This document shows positions 51,352-63,655 of a stretch of 64,000 nt of DNA, one piece after another. Each line of letters opens with the position of its first letter. Position 1 is the stretch's first letter. The position numbers and the translations under genes were made by a program. The notes under the pieces are model-generated. The model did no database searches. It had not been told where the DNA came from and worked only from the letters and a program-made list of their open reading frames with translations. The DNA is from Octopus bimaculoides (lineage: Eukaryota): assembly GCF_001194135.2 (NCBI RefSeq), contig NC_068981.1, forward strand, positions 125,133,778-125,197,777, in the 5' to 3' direction.

Positions 51352-52544
51352 AGATGATATAATATAATTAAATGATAGAATATTAGATGTCCATTCTGAC
51401 TGAACTAGTACTTTCATACATTAAACTATGCAATCTTCAGGCCCATATAGTAGTGGTGACAGTTATGTTTTACAATTTACAACTGTAGAGAGATGGCTAA
51501 ACTGTGTGCCTTAAATACATTCCTATAGGCTCCAGAATATCAATTTTTGCAAACTGTATTCTGACCAATCAGTGTGTGGCTTCACTAAATTACTTAAGTC
51601 GATTGGTGTTTGGTTTAGGCATCACGGTTTGTTGAACATGTCAAGAGACCTGCATTTTGACCCTGGCCAAAGCAGTAATTGTTTGGCTAGCCAAACAATT
51701 ACTGCTTTGGCCATCTCTGTCAGTTGACTATAAAGCTGAGAAGAAAAAAACAGATGTGTTTCTTTTGCTTAGTAATAAATGTGATAAAAAGACATAATCA
51801 CAATAAAAGGGAATGGTTCTAAAGATAAAAATATATTGTAGGGTCATTAAATAATCTCAAATAGATGGATAAGCTCATTTCTTTAGAATTTCTCTGTCTC
51901 TGTCTTCCTCAATGACTACCAGTATGACCTTCATAAAGCCAAATATATTGGTGACTTATTCTCCAATGTCAATCACCTGATGGTCCTTGTCTTCACAAAA
52001 TTTGATGAAAACAGTGTTGTTACACTCAGTATCAAAAAGGCATTCAACTGTGTTAAGTACACAAATCTGGTAAATGCTTGCCTATGGACTCCATCCATCT
52101 TTCTTCTCTTGGATCAATGGTTTTCTATCGGGTTTTGTGATTCAAGGTTCAGTTTTGTGTTCTGCATTCTTCCTCCAATACATCAGCAAACTTTGAGTTT
52201 TCACTGACAAGAATCACTGCTTTGGCCAGGGTCAAAATACAGGACTCTTGGCATGTTCAACAAACCATGACACCTAAACCAAACATCAATCAACTTAAGT
52301 AATTTAGTGAAGCCACACACTGATTAGTCAGAATACAGTTTGCAAAAATTAACATTCTGGAACCTATAGGAATGTATTTAAGGCACACAGTTTAGCCATC
52401 TCACTACAGTTGTAAATTGTACAATATAATTTTCAGTACTACTACATGAACCTGAAGATTGCATAGTTTAATGCATAAAAGTACTAGTTCAATCAGAATG
52501 GACATTTGATATTCCATCATTTCTATAAATTATCTTATATCATC
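51352..52544. repeat. Inverted repeat, about 330-bp arms (51352-51680 / 52212-52544), around a 500-bp spacer
   Basis: About 30 mismatches (mostly transitions) plus a 5-bp indel. A perfect 48-bp palindrome lies at 51665-51712. Confidence 0.92.
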
Positions 52545-52729
52545 TATATATATAAAAATGAGAATGTGTGTCTGTCTGTCTTGCAGAGTTCGAGCCCACG
52601 GCAACATAATATCTCCTCCACTATTTAAGTATTACGTGTCAAAAGTGAAACAAAAACACTCATGTCAAATACTTTCACTTTAAAAATGAAACTATTCTAC
52701 TAACTGAAACAATCACATTTTGATACTGT
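52543..52729 (+). mobile_element. Helitron-like 5' end running into the assembly gap
   Basis: a|TCTATATATATAAAAATGAGAATGTGTGTCTGTCTGTC is the typical TC start of non-autonomous animal Helitrons, and CpGs are retained. The 3' hairpin/CTAG end is not visible. Confidence 0.5.
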
Positions 52730-53701
52730 NNNNNNNNNNNNNNNNNNNNNNNNNNNNNNNNNNNNNNNNNNNNNNNNNNNNNNNNNNNNNNNNNNNNNNN
52801 NNNNNNNNNNNNNNNNNNNNNNNNNNNNNNNNNNNNNNNNNNNNNNNNNNNNNNNNNNNNNNNNNNNNNNNNNNNNNNNNNNNNNNNNNNNNNNNNNNNN
52901 NNNNNNNNNNNNNNNNNNNNNNNNNNNNNNNNNNNNNNNNNNNNNNNNNNNNNNNNNNNNNNNNNNNNNNNNNNNNNNNNNNNNNNNNNNNNNNNNNNNN
53001 NNNNNNNNNNNNNNNNNNNNNNNNNNNNNNNNNNNNNNNNNNNNNNNNNNNNNNNNNNNNNNNNNNNNNNNNNNNNNNNNNNNNNNNNNNNNNNNNNNNN
53101 NNNNNNNNNNNNNNNNNNNNNNNNNNNNNNNNNNNNNNNNNNNNNNNNNNNNNNNNNNNNNNNNNNNNNNNNNNNNNNNNNNNNNNNNNNNNNNNNNNNN
53201 NNNNNNNNNNNNNNNNNNNNNNNNNNNNNNNNNNNNNNNNNNNNNNNNNNNNNNNNNNNNNNNNNNNNNNNNNNNNNNNNNNNNNNNNNNNNNNNNNNNN
53301 NNNNNNNNNNNNNNNNNNNNNNNNNNNNNNNNNNNNNNNNNNNNNNNNNNNNNNNNNNNNNNNNNNNNNNNNNNNNNNNNNNNNNNNNNNNNNNNNNNNN
53401 NNNNNNNNNNNNNNNNNNNNNNNNNNNNNNNNNNNNNNNNNNNNNNNNNNNNNNNNNNNNNNNNNNNNNNNNNNNNNNNNNNNNNNNNNNNNNNNNNNNN
53501 NNNNNNNNNNNNNNNNNNNNNNNNNNNNNNNNNNNNNNNNNNNNNNNNNNNNNNNNNNNNNNNNNNNNNNNNNNNNNNNNNNNNNNNNNNNNNNNNNNNN
53601 NNNNNNNNNNNNNNNNNNNNNNNNNNNNNNNNNNNNNNNNNNNNNNNNNNNNNNNNNNNNNNNNNNNNNNNNNNNNNNNNNNNNNNNNNNNNNNNNNNNN
53701 N

Positions 53702-53750
<49 letters not shown>

Positions 53751-54211
53751 CTTTGTGTCTGTGTTTTTTCCCCATGACAGCTTGACAGCTGGGATCAGTG
53801 TGATTACATCCCCATATCTGAGTGGTGCAGCAGAAGAAACTGATAAAATAAGTATCAGGCTTAAAAAAATAAGCTAAATTCACTCAGCTAAAATTCTTCA
53901 GAATCATTATGTTCCAAAGTAGAGTACAAGTTTTCAGGTCATGTCTCTTGTTTAAGAATACAGTCCTCCCTTACTCCAGTTTGTCTTGAAGGTCCCATGA
54001 AAGGTCATGAGCACTACCTAGCTCCTGATTAAAAGATTAAAAAAAAAATTATTGATACTGTTGTTACCAATGCAGCAATGACTGACAACAACAACAGCAG
54101 CAGCAGCAGTTTAAAAACTATTTTCCATTACATGGATACGTCTACATGTTACACATGCTATTGTGAAAATTTTAATATGAAAAGTGATGAAAGAAATTCA
54201 GTCTTACTAAC

Positions 54212-54321
54212 CTTTGTTAAAAAATGTATCTAACAATCTTGAACTTGCCACAGGAATAACCTCAGTCTGCAAGTTTAAATAACGGCCCACTGTCAAAGGT
54301 GTCCTGCGAAAGCCAAGAATT
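54212..54321 (-). CDS. FAM20B: FAM20B-like xylosylkinase, internal coding exon (110 bp), first visible in the window
   Basis: Minus strand reads polypyrimidine-ttcag|A ATT CTT GGC...AAC AAA G|gttagt. Encodes [36 protein letters not shown], similar to human FAM20B [33 protein letters not shown] as I recall it. Entry phase 2, exit phase 1. Absent from the ORF track because it lacks an ATG. Confidence 0.93.
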
Positions 54322-54421
54322 CTGAAATAACAAATGAAAAAATTGTGTATTTGCAAATTTGTAGTTATTAGTTACTAGTTAGTAATGTACCTAAAACCAT
54401 ACCAATGAGCATACTTAAGCG

Positions 54422-54911
54422 CATCTCTATCAGTAGACTATAAAGCTGAGAAGAAAAAAACAGATGTGTTTCTTTTGCTTAGCAATAAATGTGATAAAAA
54501 GACGTAATCACAACAAAAGGGAATGCTTCTAAAGATAAAAATATATTGTAGGGTCATTAAATAATCTGAAATAGATGGATAAGCTCATTTCTTTAGAATT
54601 TCTCTCTCTGTCTTTCTCAATGACCACCAGTATGACCTTCATAAAGCCAAATATATTGGTGACTTAATTTCCAATGTCAATCACCTGAAGGTCTGTGTCC
54701 TCACAAAATTTGATGAAAACAGTGTTTCAGCATCAAAAAGGCATTCAATTGTAGTACGTACACAAATCTGTTAAATGCTTGCCTATGGACTCCATCCCTC
54801 TTTCTTCTCTTGGATCAATGGTTTTCTATTGGGTTTTGTGATTCAACATCCAGTTTTGTGTTCTGCATTCTTCCTTCAATACATCAGCAAGCTTTGAGTT
54901 ATCACTGCCAA
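54422..54911. repeat. Direct repeat of 51712-52210 (about 490 bp)
   Basis: About 28 differences including two small indels. Confidence 0.92.
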
Positions 54912-57900
54912 CAACACTCACTCCTACACAAATGATATCACTCTTCATTCTTCTCTAACCTTTTACAGCCAAATATCATCCATATTCAACCTAGACATCT
55001 TGCACCATGATGGAATGATAGAATATTACTGATTCTAGGAACAAAGGTTTTGTAAACATGTCCCAATGGAGTCATGCCAATCTTGTCTCTTCAACAGCAT
55101 AGATACAGTTTCTACATTTATGTAGGAAATGTCATATCTCCCACCCATCTAATGTGAACAACATGCGACTAGAACCTTCAAAGTCATTACAAATGCAAGG
55201 CATCACCATCAGTGAGGATCTTAGTCATGAATGCATATATTCTCCATATCAAAAATGGCATCACAAAGTAAATAGTCTACCTTTTCAGGGCCAGATAATA
55301 TATTTCATCCCCACCTTAACTATTAACCCTCTCAAAAGCTCAAATGAAACCCACATTGGAATACAGCAGGGCAAGGAGTGTTTTGCAAATATATACAAAT
55401 AGTGATTTCTGGTTGTATTTAAATGATGATGAAGAGAAGTTAATACAGGGTGAAGTTAGGCTGTCTTAGTCTGGTTTAGTACAAGTTGTAATATTTTTAC
55501 TGTACAATAAGGCTGCGAGCTGGCAGAATCATTACCACACCAGGCAAAATGCTTAGTGGCATTTCAACAGTCCTTACATCCTGAGTTCAAGTTCCGCCGT
55601 GGTTGACTTTGCCTTTTATCATTTTGGGGTGGGGGGGGTCAACAAATTAAGTACCAGTTGTGCACTGGAGTAAAGGTAATCTACTATCCCACTTCCCCCA
55701 AATTGCTGGCCTTGTGCCGAAATTTGCAATCAATACTTTTACTGAACATCGTCAACACACCAAGGTGATGTTAATGCAGTTGTTGTTCTCCTTACTGTTT
55801 AGTTCCAAACCAGCTATAATTGAGCAGATATATTCTATGATCAAAGTAATTCTAAAAGTGAACATCTCTCATTTTCCCTTTTCTCTTTCATTTTTCACAC
55901 TGCATATCTAGGACTATATGGAAACTAAATTACCAACATATAACACAAGGGTGTGATATAAAGAAAGATTTGGTTGTCATTCCTGCAGGTCAGCTGACCA
56001 CATAGAAGCTCTCTTATTGATTTGTTATTCACATAGTATATAAGTAAGGTTATTATAGTATCCCAATATCTAGGTGATATATGTGGATAAGATTACTACA
56101 GTACTAAGACATAATGAAAATGTTTAAATGAGTTCAGTACAGTAACAAACCTTACCAAAAGGTCCAGGAGACATTAATGTTATACAGTATCAAGATATCT
56201 TAGCGGGGTTAATACAGGTGGGTTGATATATACATTCAAACTCAAGATAAAATGCAAAAACACTGGTGCAAATGTAATACCAAAAACAATATTTTTTTTG
56301 TATCTACCTCTACAACGATAACTATTTCTTTGATAGACTCAATGTTAGATAAATCACCTCCAATGTATTACTGATATTATCAATCTTATTATAGCCATAG
56401 AAATGAGAAGCAAAGTTGAATTTGACAAGGTTCAAACAATAAGGATATAGAATGATGTATTAGGATGTAAGAGAATAGTGAACAAAATTTAGTGTGATTT
56501 TCTACCATTTGTTATAGACTCACTAATCATGGATTACTACATATAATCAGAGCAAGAACTAAGATGGAAAAGATGGTGTAAAATCTAGAGACCAGGGATA
56601 ATTTCTTCAATTTATTTATTTACTTCATTTATCTTTTAATTAGGAAGGAAGGCAACACCCAAGAGCTTTTCCAGAGTTTTAAGTACTGTTGGGCAAGAAA
56701 AAGAAGGTATACTCAAATTGAAAACTTGGCCTGAATTATTACAGCAGATGTTATCCCAGTTGACTGGTGGTTGTGTTAAACCAAGTGACAGATTACGACT
56801 ACTTCTAATGGAAGCTATGACAATATTTGGACTCAGAACACAAGAGACTGGGATAAATATTGCAAGGCATTCAATCAGGCATATCTATACTCTGCTCCAG
56901 ACTGGTACTTTTTTAACAACCCCAAAAGGATGAAAGGCAAAATTAACTTTTAGTACACTGCATTTTTTCCAGAATTGTTTCCCCTGTTACTACAAAGGAG
57001 AAAACTCATACAGTGGCATAATGCACCTACAGTGTGCTAAAGGTTAAGCTTGACAAGACTTGAACTCAAAATGGAACAAATATATTTTAGGCCCTTTATT
57101 TCAACACTCTAATGAGTCTACAATTTCATCACCTAAGTTACTTTATGACATATAACTCACTACTTCATTCTGTGACCAAATTCTGTCAGTGCCAAAATTA
57201 TATTTCTTCTGCCCCGGGTCAAAATTCAACCTCTAAAATAAGTACCGGTAAAACAACATAAGATACTGGAGTACATCCAATCATTTGAATCACTACAGAA
57301 GGACAAACATATCTCTGGTTAAAAGAAATCCATACTTTTGCTCTAAACATAACACTTATACACACAGACACACTGTGGTATAGATTCAGCTGTAAACAAG
57401 TCATAACAGAGTAAAGAAATAACATCAATAGATATACATACTTCATTCTATATAGGAGTGTGTTCCTCATATGTAAATGAGTATATGCACTATACACACA
57501 CCTACAATAAATAGGACATACTATTTTATGGCCTTATTGAAGGTTACAATTACAACTACTACTATAACAACCATAACTTTCACTACTGCTATTATTCTTT
57601 TTACAGCATAAAACAACTGCTGCTGCTGCTGATGACGATGACAATGACGACCATAACACCAGCTATAATAATAATTTCTAGCTTTAGCACAAGAGCACAC
57701 ATTTAGAGGAACAGAATGCAGTTGAGCTAATCAACCTCAGTTACTTGCACGATACTTGCTTTTACTGACCCACCCCCATCCAGATGGATGAAAGGCAAAG
57801 TTGATTTCAGCAGGATTCACAATTAGGTTGTATAAAACGATGCAGCTAAATACAGCAAGGCATTTTTATCAAACATTTTATTGATTCAGCTAATGATTGC

Positions 57901-58329
57901 ATTTCACAAGCAGGGACAACATATAAGACAAAATACAAAATTTATTACAGAAACATATTAGTCATAAAGCTTATATGTATGTATAAACAAATACATATGT
58001 TAGTCATATATATACACATGAATACACAGTATACCACACACACAAAATTAGACAAAGTAAGCACAAATTTGAAAGAGGAAAGGGAAATAGGCCCATGAAG
58101 GGACTAAAAGCTATGTTTCTATTGCTTGTCAAGAGACTTTATTATTAATTATTCTATGGAAAACCTGGCATTAACTCGTTTGTTGTTTATTGTACAGTTT
58201 TTTAGAGTTGTTATAGAAAGCATACTGACATATGGGTGTGAATGCTGGATGCTTATGAAAGCAATCAAAATCAAGGTAAGTAGAACATATACCACGATGA
58301 TAAGGTTTCTTGGGAACAAGATTTACTGC

Positions 58330-58800
58330 ACAGAAGACCCGTCAAGTCAAATGAAATCATAGTCATGACTGATGCTCATGTCATGTAACTAGCACTCATG
58401 CTGAAGGCACATAAAGAGCACCTTTCAAGCATTGGGTCTCATGGAGGCAAAATGACTGAGTTCCTTTCAAGCATTGGGTCTCATGGAGGCAAAATGTTTG
58501 AGTCCCTTTCGAGCACTAGGTTACACAGAAGCAATGACCAAGACCTTTGACATTATGTCGTGCTTGAGAAGAAGACCCATCAAGCCAAGCAAAATTGCAG
58601 TCGTGGCAGATACTGGTGTTACGCAAATGGCACCCATGCTGGTGGTACATAAGAGCACCCATTACACTCTCGGAGTGGTTGGTGTTATGAAGGGCATCCA
58701 GCCATAGAAAACTATGGCAAATCAGACTGGAGTCAGGTGCAGCCTTCTAGCTTACTAGCTCTGGTTAAACCATCCAACCCATGCCAGCATGGACAATGGA
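58330..58800 (+). mobile_element. RTE 3' region with internal tandem repeats
   Basis: A 34-bp unit cctttcaagcattgggtctcatggaggcaaaatg at 58421 and 58463, a partial third copy at 58504, then the shared 3' tail. Confidence 0.65.
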
Positions 58801-59029
58801 CATTTACAGAAACCATCAAATTATTTACATTATTTACAGAAACCATCAAATAATGCAAACTTAAGTTTGTGACACACTGTTGGCAAAGAACTAATGAAAT
58901 TGAACAACAACTATTACAATTTTAAGTCAACCAGTCCAAGGTAAAATGAGAAAAGGGAAATCATGTCAAACAGCACTAAATGTCAAGATCTATAGTGAAA
59001 TCAAGTGTTATTGTTGCACCCCATCAAAA

Positions 59030-59373
59030 TCACTGAAAAACCGGGTTTTGAGTTGCTGGAACACCCTGCATACACAGTCCAGATCTTGCTGCCCCATCTC
59101 CTTTGACTATCACCTCTTTTGATTAATCAAACATCCTTTATGAAGTGTTGATTTGCTACAGACAAAGAAGCACATGAAGTGGTGTATAAATGGCTGTGTG
59201 ACCAGCTGAAAATCTCCTTCCCTGATGGAATACCCAAGCAATGTGGACCACTGGAAGACGTGCATCAAAATGCAAGGAGACTATGTTGAAAAATAATGTA
59301 TTGTTCAACCCCTGATTTTGTTTTAATAAATTACAGAAACAAGAATGCATATAATTTTTTACTCATCCTTGTA
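59030..59373 (+). mobile_element. mariner (DD34D) transposase C-terminal remnant and right TIR
   Basis: GFELLEHPAY-SPDLA-(S)DYHLF...DGIPK...W..CIKMQGDYVEK* across frameshifts, ending ttactcatccttgTA. Confidence 0.75.
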
Positions 59374-60299
59374 AAACAACACATCTATCAAAACTAACAC
59401 CAGAAACTATCATCATCACATTCATGGTAGCTTCAGAGCTGCCACTATTAATATTAGCATGGTGAAAGACAAATGTGGAGAAGATAGAAAAGCTGAAAGA
59501 TCCTTTGACAATACATAAAGCCAAAGAAATACTAAGCAATGCTTATAACAAACCACAAATCAGATTTATAGATGTTTCAGTTAGGAACATTTATATATTG
59601 GTACAGAAAATAAAAGTGAAGGAACAGGTTTTGAAAAAACTAGAAGAAAAGAGACAGAAATGGTAATAAGAAATAATACTAGATGACTAGAAGAAAATCA
59701 GATACACTTAACAATAAGTGAAGCAGAGAGTAAGATGTTGGCCAATGTTCTGTGAAGAGGGAACAAATCAATGTATCAGTATGGATCAAGACATAGCTAA
59801 CAGAAAAGTGTGTATGGAAAAACAATGGCATACTCACACTTATTGATGCTGAGAAGAAAGGGGCAAAGAAATGCTGGTATGCATACATATATATGTGCAT
59901 GCAACAGTGCTCACGGGAGCATATTTGCATGCATGTGTGCATGTATGTAAGTGTGTGTCTGGGAGAGAGACAGACAGACAGACAGACAGAGAGAGGACTA
60001 CTTTTAGCTGACAAAAAGTTTTAGTAGGAGAGAATAAAGAACTCTGCTTCCATGTGGGAAATGGCCATACACAGTATACAGAAAAGGCGTATGTAGGAAT
60101 TGTGTACTGTATACCCAATATACATGGGTATGTAAGTGATGCTGGGTACATAAGTGATCACAGGCAAACTAACAGAAAAGAACTCTGAATACAGTTGATG
60201 TAGTAGAGTAACAAGTAGTGAAAGAGCTTATTTAATGAGTTCCTTCGACTCCTTAGAAGGACTTCCAAAAGTAATTGATAATAGCAGTTGAGGTGGGGG

Positions 60300-60835
60300 G
60301 TTCCAAAGGCATAATCTAAGTAAGAATGAGTTGGAAAATGCTTGAAGAGATATCGCATTTGCTGGCAACAAAGGTACTCACTTATCCTCTCTGAGTGAAC
60401 AGTAGTTTGCATGATATTTGCATAAAAAATTCAATATTGCATGGTAGCAAAACATAGGCAATGAATGCAGATGAATGAAGGCTGGAAAAATATTGAGGCT
60501 AACTCTCTTCACTGCATTCATAATATCAGTGTGACAATGGGACACAAATGAAGTGGGGATAAGAGAAGTCCGCTGTATTGGACAAGAGGGAAGTTTCCAC
60601 TGTTATGGACATGATGTAGTTGAAGGGCAATGATTAAATGTAAAAGGTGTCAAGCAAACTGAGTAGAAGTAACTATTGGAAAATGAAATGCAAGGAAGAC
60701 AATGTGAAGAAGTGGTGAAACTAATCTCAATGGGTGAATTTTCATGAAGATGACAACTGACATGGTACTGAGTTGAAAAAGACTAGTCCAACATGAGAAA
60801 GCATAGCAAAACAGACAAAGATGATGATGATGAAT
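60300..60835 (+). mobile_element. Old RTE LINE 3' remnant
   Basis: GIREVRCIGQEGSFHCYGH is similar to GIRGVRCSVQERRLRWYGH, and the region ends in (GAT)n. Confidence 0.55.
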
Positions 60836-61088
60836 ACCCACACATACAGATGAAAGACAAAAATAAAAAGAATGTATAATAGAATTCAATAAAACCTGTG
60901 GTATTAAAATTTTAAAAAAACATAAACAAAAAGGAAACAGAAATTTAAAGCTTATTCAGTTGTAAATGACCGATTGCAATAAATACATTGCAGTAAGTAA
61001 ATAAAAAACATAAAACATCCATGCTCATGTCTGAATTGTAGATGTAGCTATATAGAAATAGTAATACTGTATATATCAATATATAGAT

Positions 61089-61172
<84 letters not shown>

Positions 61173-62473
61173 TTTTGATTTGGTGTTAGGATGCTGCTGT
61201 AGAAAACTAAACTTGACAGAATCAATTACATTTACTCTTAGAAGCAATTTTAACAGATTTTGTTTCCGTCAAGTAGAGTTGAATAACAATAAAAAAAAAA
61301 TAAAGTAAAAAGAGTTGTGAACATTTGCACTTTAAACAGAGTAATTCTACAGCTTTAAGTAATACAAGATGTGATACAGGGTTGTTAATTTAATAAAAGC
61401 TTTGAATGAGTAGAGAGCAGGTAGATGACAATTACAGCTAGTATTCAACTACATAAATGTGATGGCATAAGTATAACATGCAAGTTTCATACTTGGAAAT
61501 CCATATAGTTGTCGATATTACTTATCCTCAGGCCAGCTCTGACTGAGCGGACTTATGATCAAAGGCATTCAAGCCATAACCAACATGCAATTTCATATAT
61601 CCAGAATACATTGTTAAAAGTATCCATCTATATTTAAGATGGTAAGGTGTACTATGGAGGGAGATTTGGTTGCTTTTTCTATCAGCTAAAGTGACGGAGA
61701 CTATTTCATTGAGAAACCAAACTATAAATGGAGAGGATTTTATTGTCAATTAACAGAACACCACTGTTATTGACTACTGCAAATATAAAGGTGTTTGTTG
61801 AGAGAGAGAGAGAAAGAGAGAGAAGAAAGTCAGTTTTTATTTCATTTTCTCTAATATGAGAGAAATGAGCAGTATCACTCCCTTGCTGACAATGACAGTA
61901 GGGGTAATACTCTTTTTACTCTTTTACTTGTTTCAGTCATTTGACTGTGGCCATGCTGGAGCACCGCCTTTAGTCGAGCAAATCGACCCCAAGACTTATT
62001 CTTTGTAGGCCTAGTACTTTTTCACAGGCTGATACCTTCAGAGAAAACGAATATGGACAGAAAAAGAGACGCAGACATCTGAAGTGGAATGATGGGGTGA
62101 GGTGTTTAGTGTGGGATTTTGGTTAAAAGATAATGCAGAGTGACGACAAAAGAACGAAAGGTAGGCACAGGACAGAAGAATGATACAGTATGTCAGTGTA
62201 CCAGTGATTGAAGCATGTTGGTAACTGATATTTGTCAATCAATCAATTAGCTTTCATTTGAATAAGGTAAACAATGTTTGTGAATGGAACAGTGAGCAGT
62301 ATTCCATTATGGATCATATTGTCATGTAGATGGTCAGAAATAGTTTAAAGACAAAAATTTTTTTATTCTTAAAGTGGCTAAGAAATTCTTATTTTTGAAC
62401 AGTTTATTCTAACATCAGCTCAAATTTCATTCAAAAGAAAAAAAATTATTTCTAGAGACAGCAACTGTTTTAA

Positions 62474-63157
62474 CCATTTAGCATTCAGATTATTTTGTCA
62501 AATGTAACACTTTTTCTTTCACACTGTTCTTAATCATGCATTATCTCATAGCTTTGGAATTTTCATGATGTAATTGTATATATTTATAATGGCATTGAAG
62601 GTAGGTGTGAAAGGCTGGATCTGGTTGGTTAGAACATAAAACAAGTAGCATATATGGGTGGTTTAAATGCTAAAGGGTTAGCCCTTTTGATATCAACCTG
62701 CCTGAGACTGCTCCTGGGTCTATGATACAAAATTCTTGTTTTTAAAGTGATCTGAATTAAAAACAACCATGAAAATTTCATGTTAATTTATGATACAAAT
62801 TAAGGCAACAAGCTGATAAGATGTTAGCATGCCAGACAAAATGGTTAGTGGCATTTCCTCTGGCTTTACATTCTAAGTTCAAATGCCTTTCATCCTTCTT
62901 GGGGTTGGTAAAATAAGTAGCAGTCAAGTGCTGGGGTTGATGTAATTGATTTGCTTGTCCTCTAAAAATTGCTGGCCTTGTGTCAAAATTAGAAAGAAAG
63001 AATTTATGTTCTAAACACTAGATTAATAATGACAAAAATTTATTTTACTAAATTCTTTATCTCTTTTATCTTTTATTTTAGTTGAATGAATTGATCTCTA
63101 CTTATTTTTCTTTTAAGCCTGGTACTTATTCTATCAGTCTCTTTTGCTGAACCACTA
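62474..63157. mobile_element. Nested cluster: MITE E + MITE F, interrupted by SINE B, followed by a SINE-A fragment
   Basis: E at 62474-62677, shared TTAG at 62678-62681, F from 62682. SINE B at about 62800-62995 is flanked by aatttatg. Confidence 0.72.
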
Positions 63158-63655
63158 CATTCATCATCATCATCATCATCGTTTAACGTCCGCTTTCCAT
63201 GCTAGCATGGGTTGGACGATTTGACTGAGGACTGGTGAAACCGGATGGCAACACCAGGCTCCAATCTAAATTTGGCAGAGTTTCTACAGCTGGATGCCCT
63301 TCCTAACGCCAACCACTCAGAGAGTGTATTAGGTGCTTTTACGTGTCACCTGCACGAAGGCCAGTCAGGCGATACTGGCAACGGCCACGCTCGAAATGGT
63401 GTCTTTTATGTGCCACCCGCACAAGCCAGTCCAGGGGCACTGGCAACAATCTCGCTCGAAAATCCTACGGGAGCCAGTCAGGCGGTACTGGCAACGGCCA
63501 CGCTCAAAATGGTGCATCTTATGTGCCACCCGCACAAGAGCCAGTCCAGGGGCACTGGCAACGATTTTACTTGGCTTGCCGGGTCTTCTCACGCACAGCA
63601 CATTTCCAAAGGTCTCGGTCAGTAGTCATCGCCTCGGTGAGGCCCAATGTACGCA
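63158..63655 (-). mobile_element. Young 5'-truncated RTE LINE
   Basis: ORF end RTLGLTEAMTTDRDLWKCAVREKTRQAK*, CpG-rich 3' UTR with a 113-bp tandem unit (63360, 63473) and a (GAT)n tail. Confidence 0.82.

Noticed and set aside
63223-63245. CTGAGGA-ctggt-GAAAC in the RTE tail resembling a hammerhead core
   Set aside because: Only 5 nt lie between the core halves, without the required closing pair.
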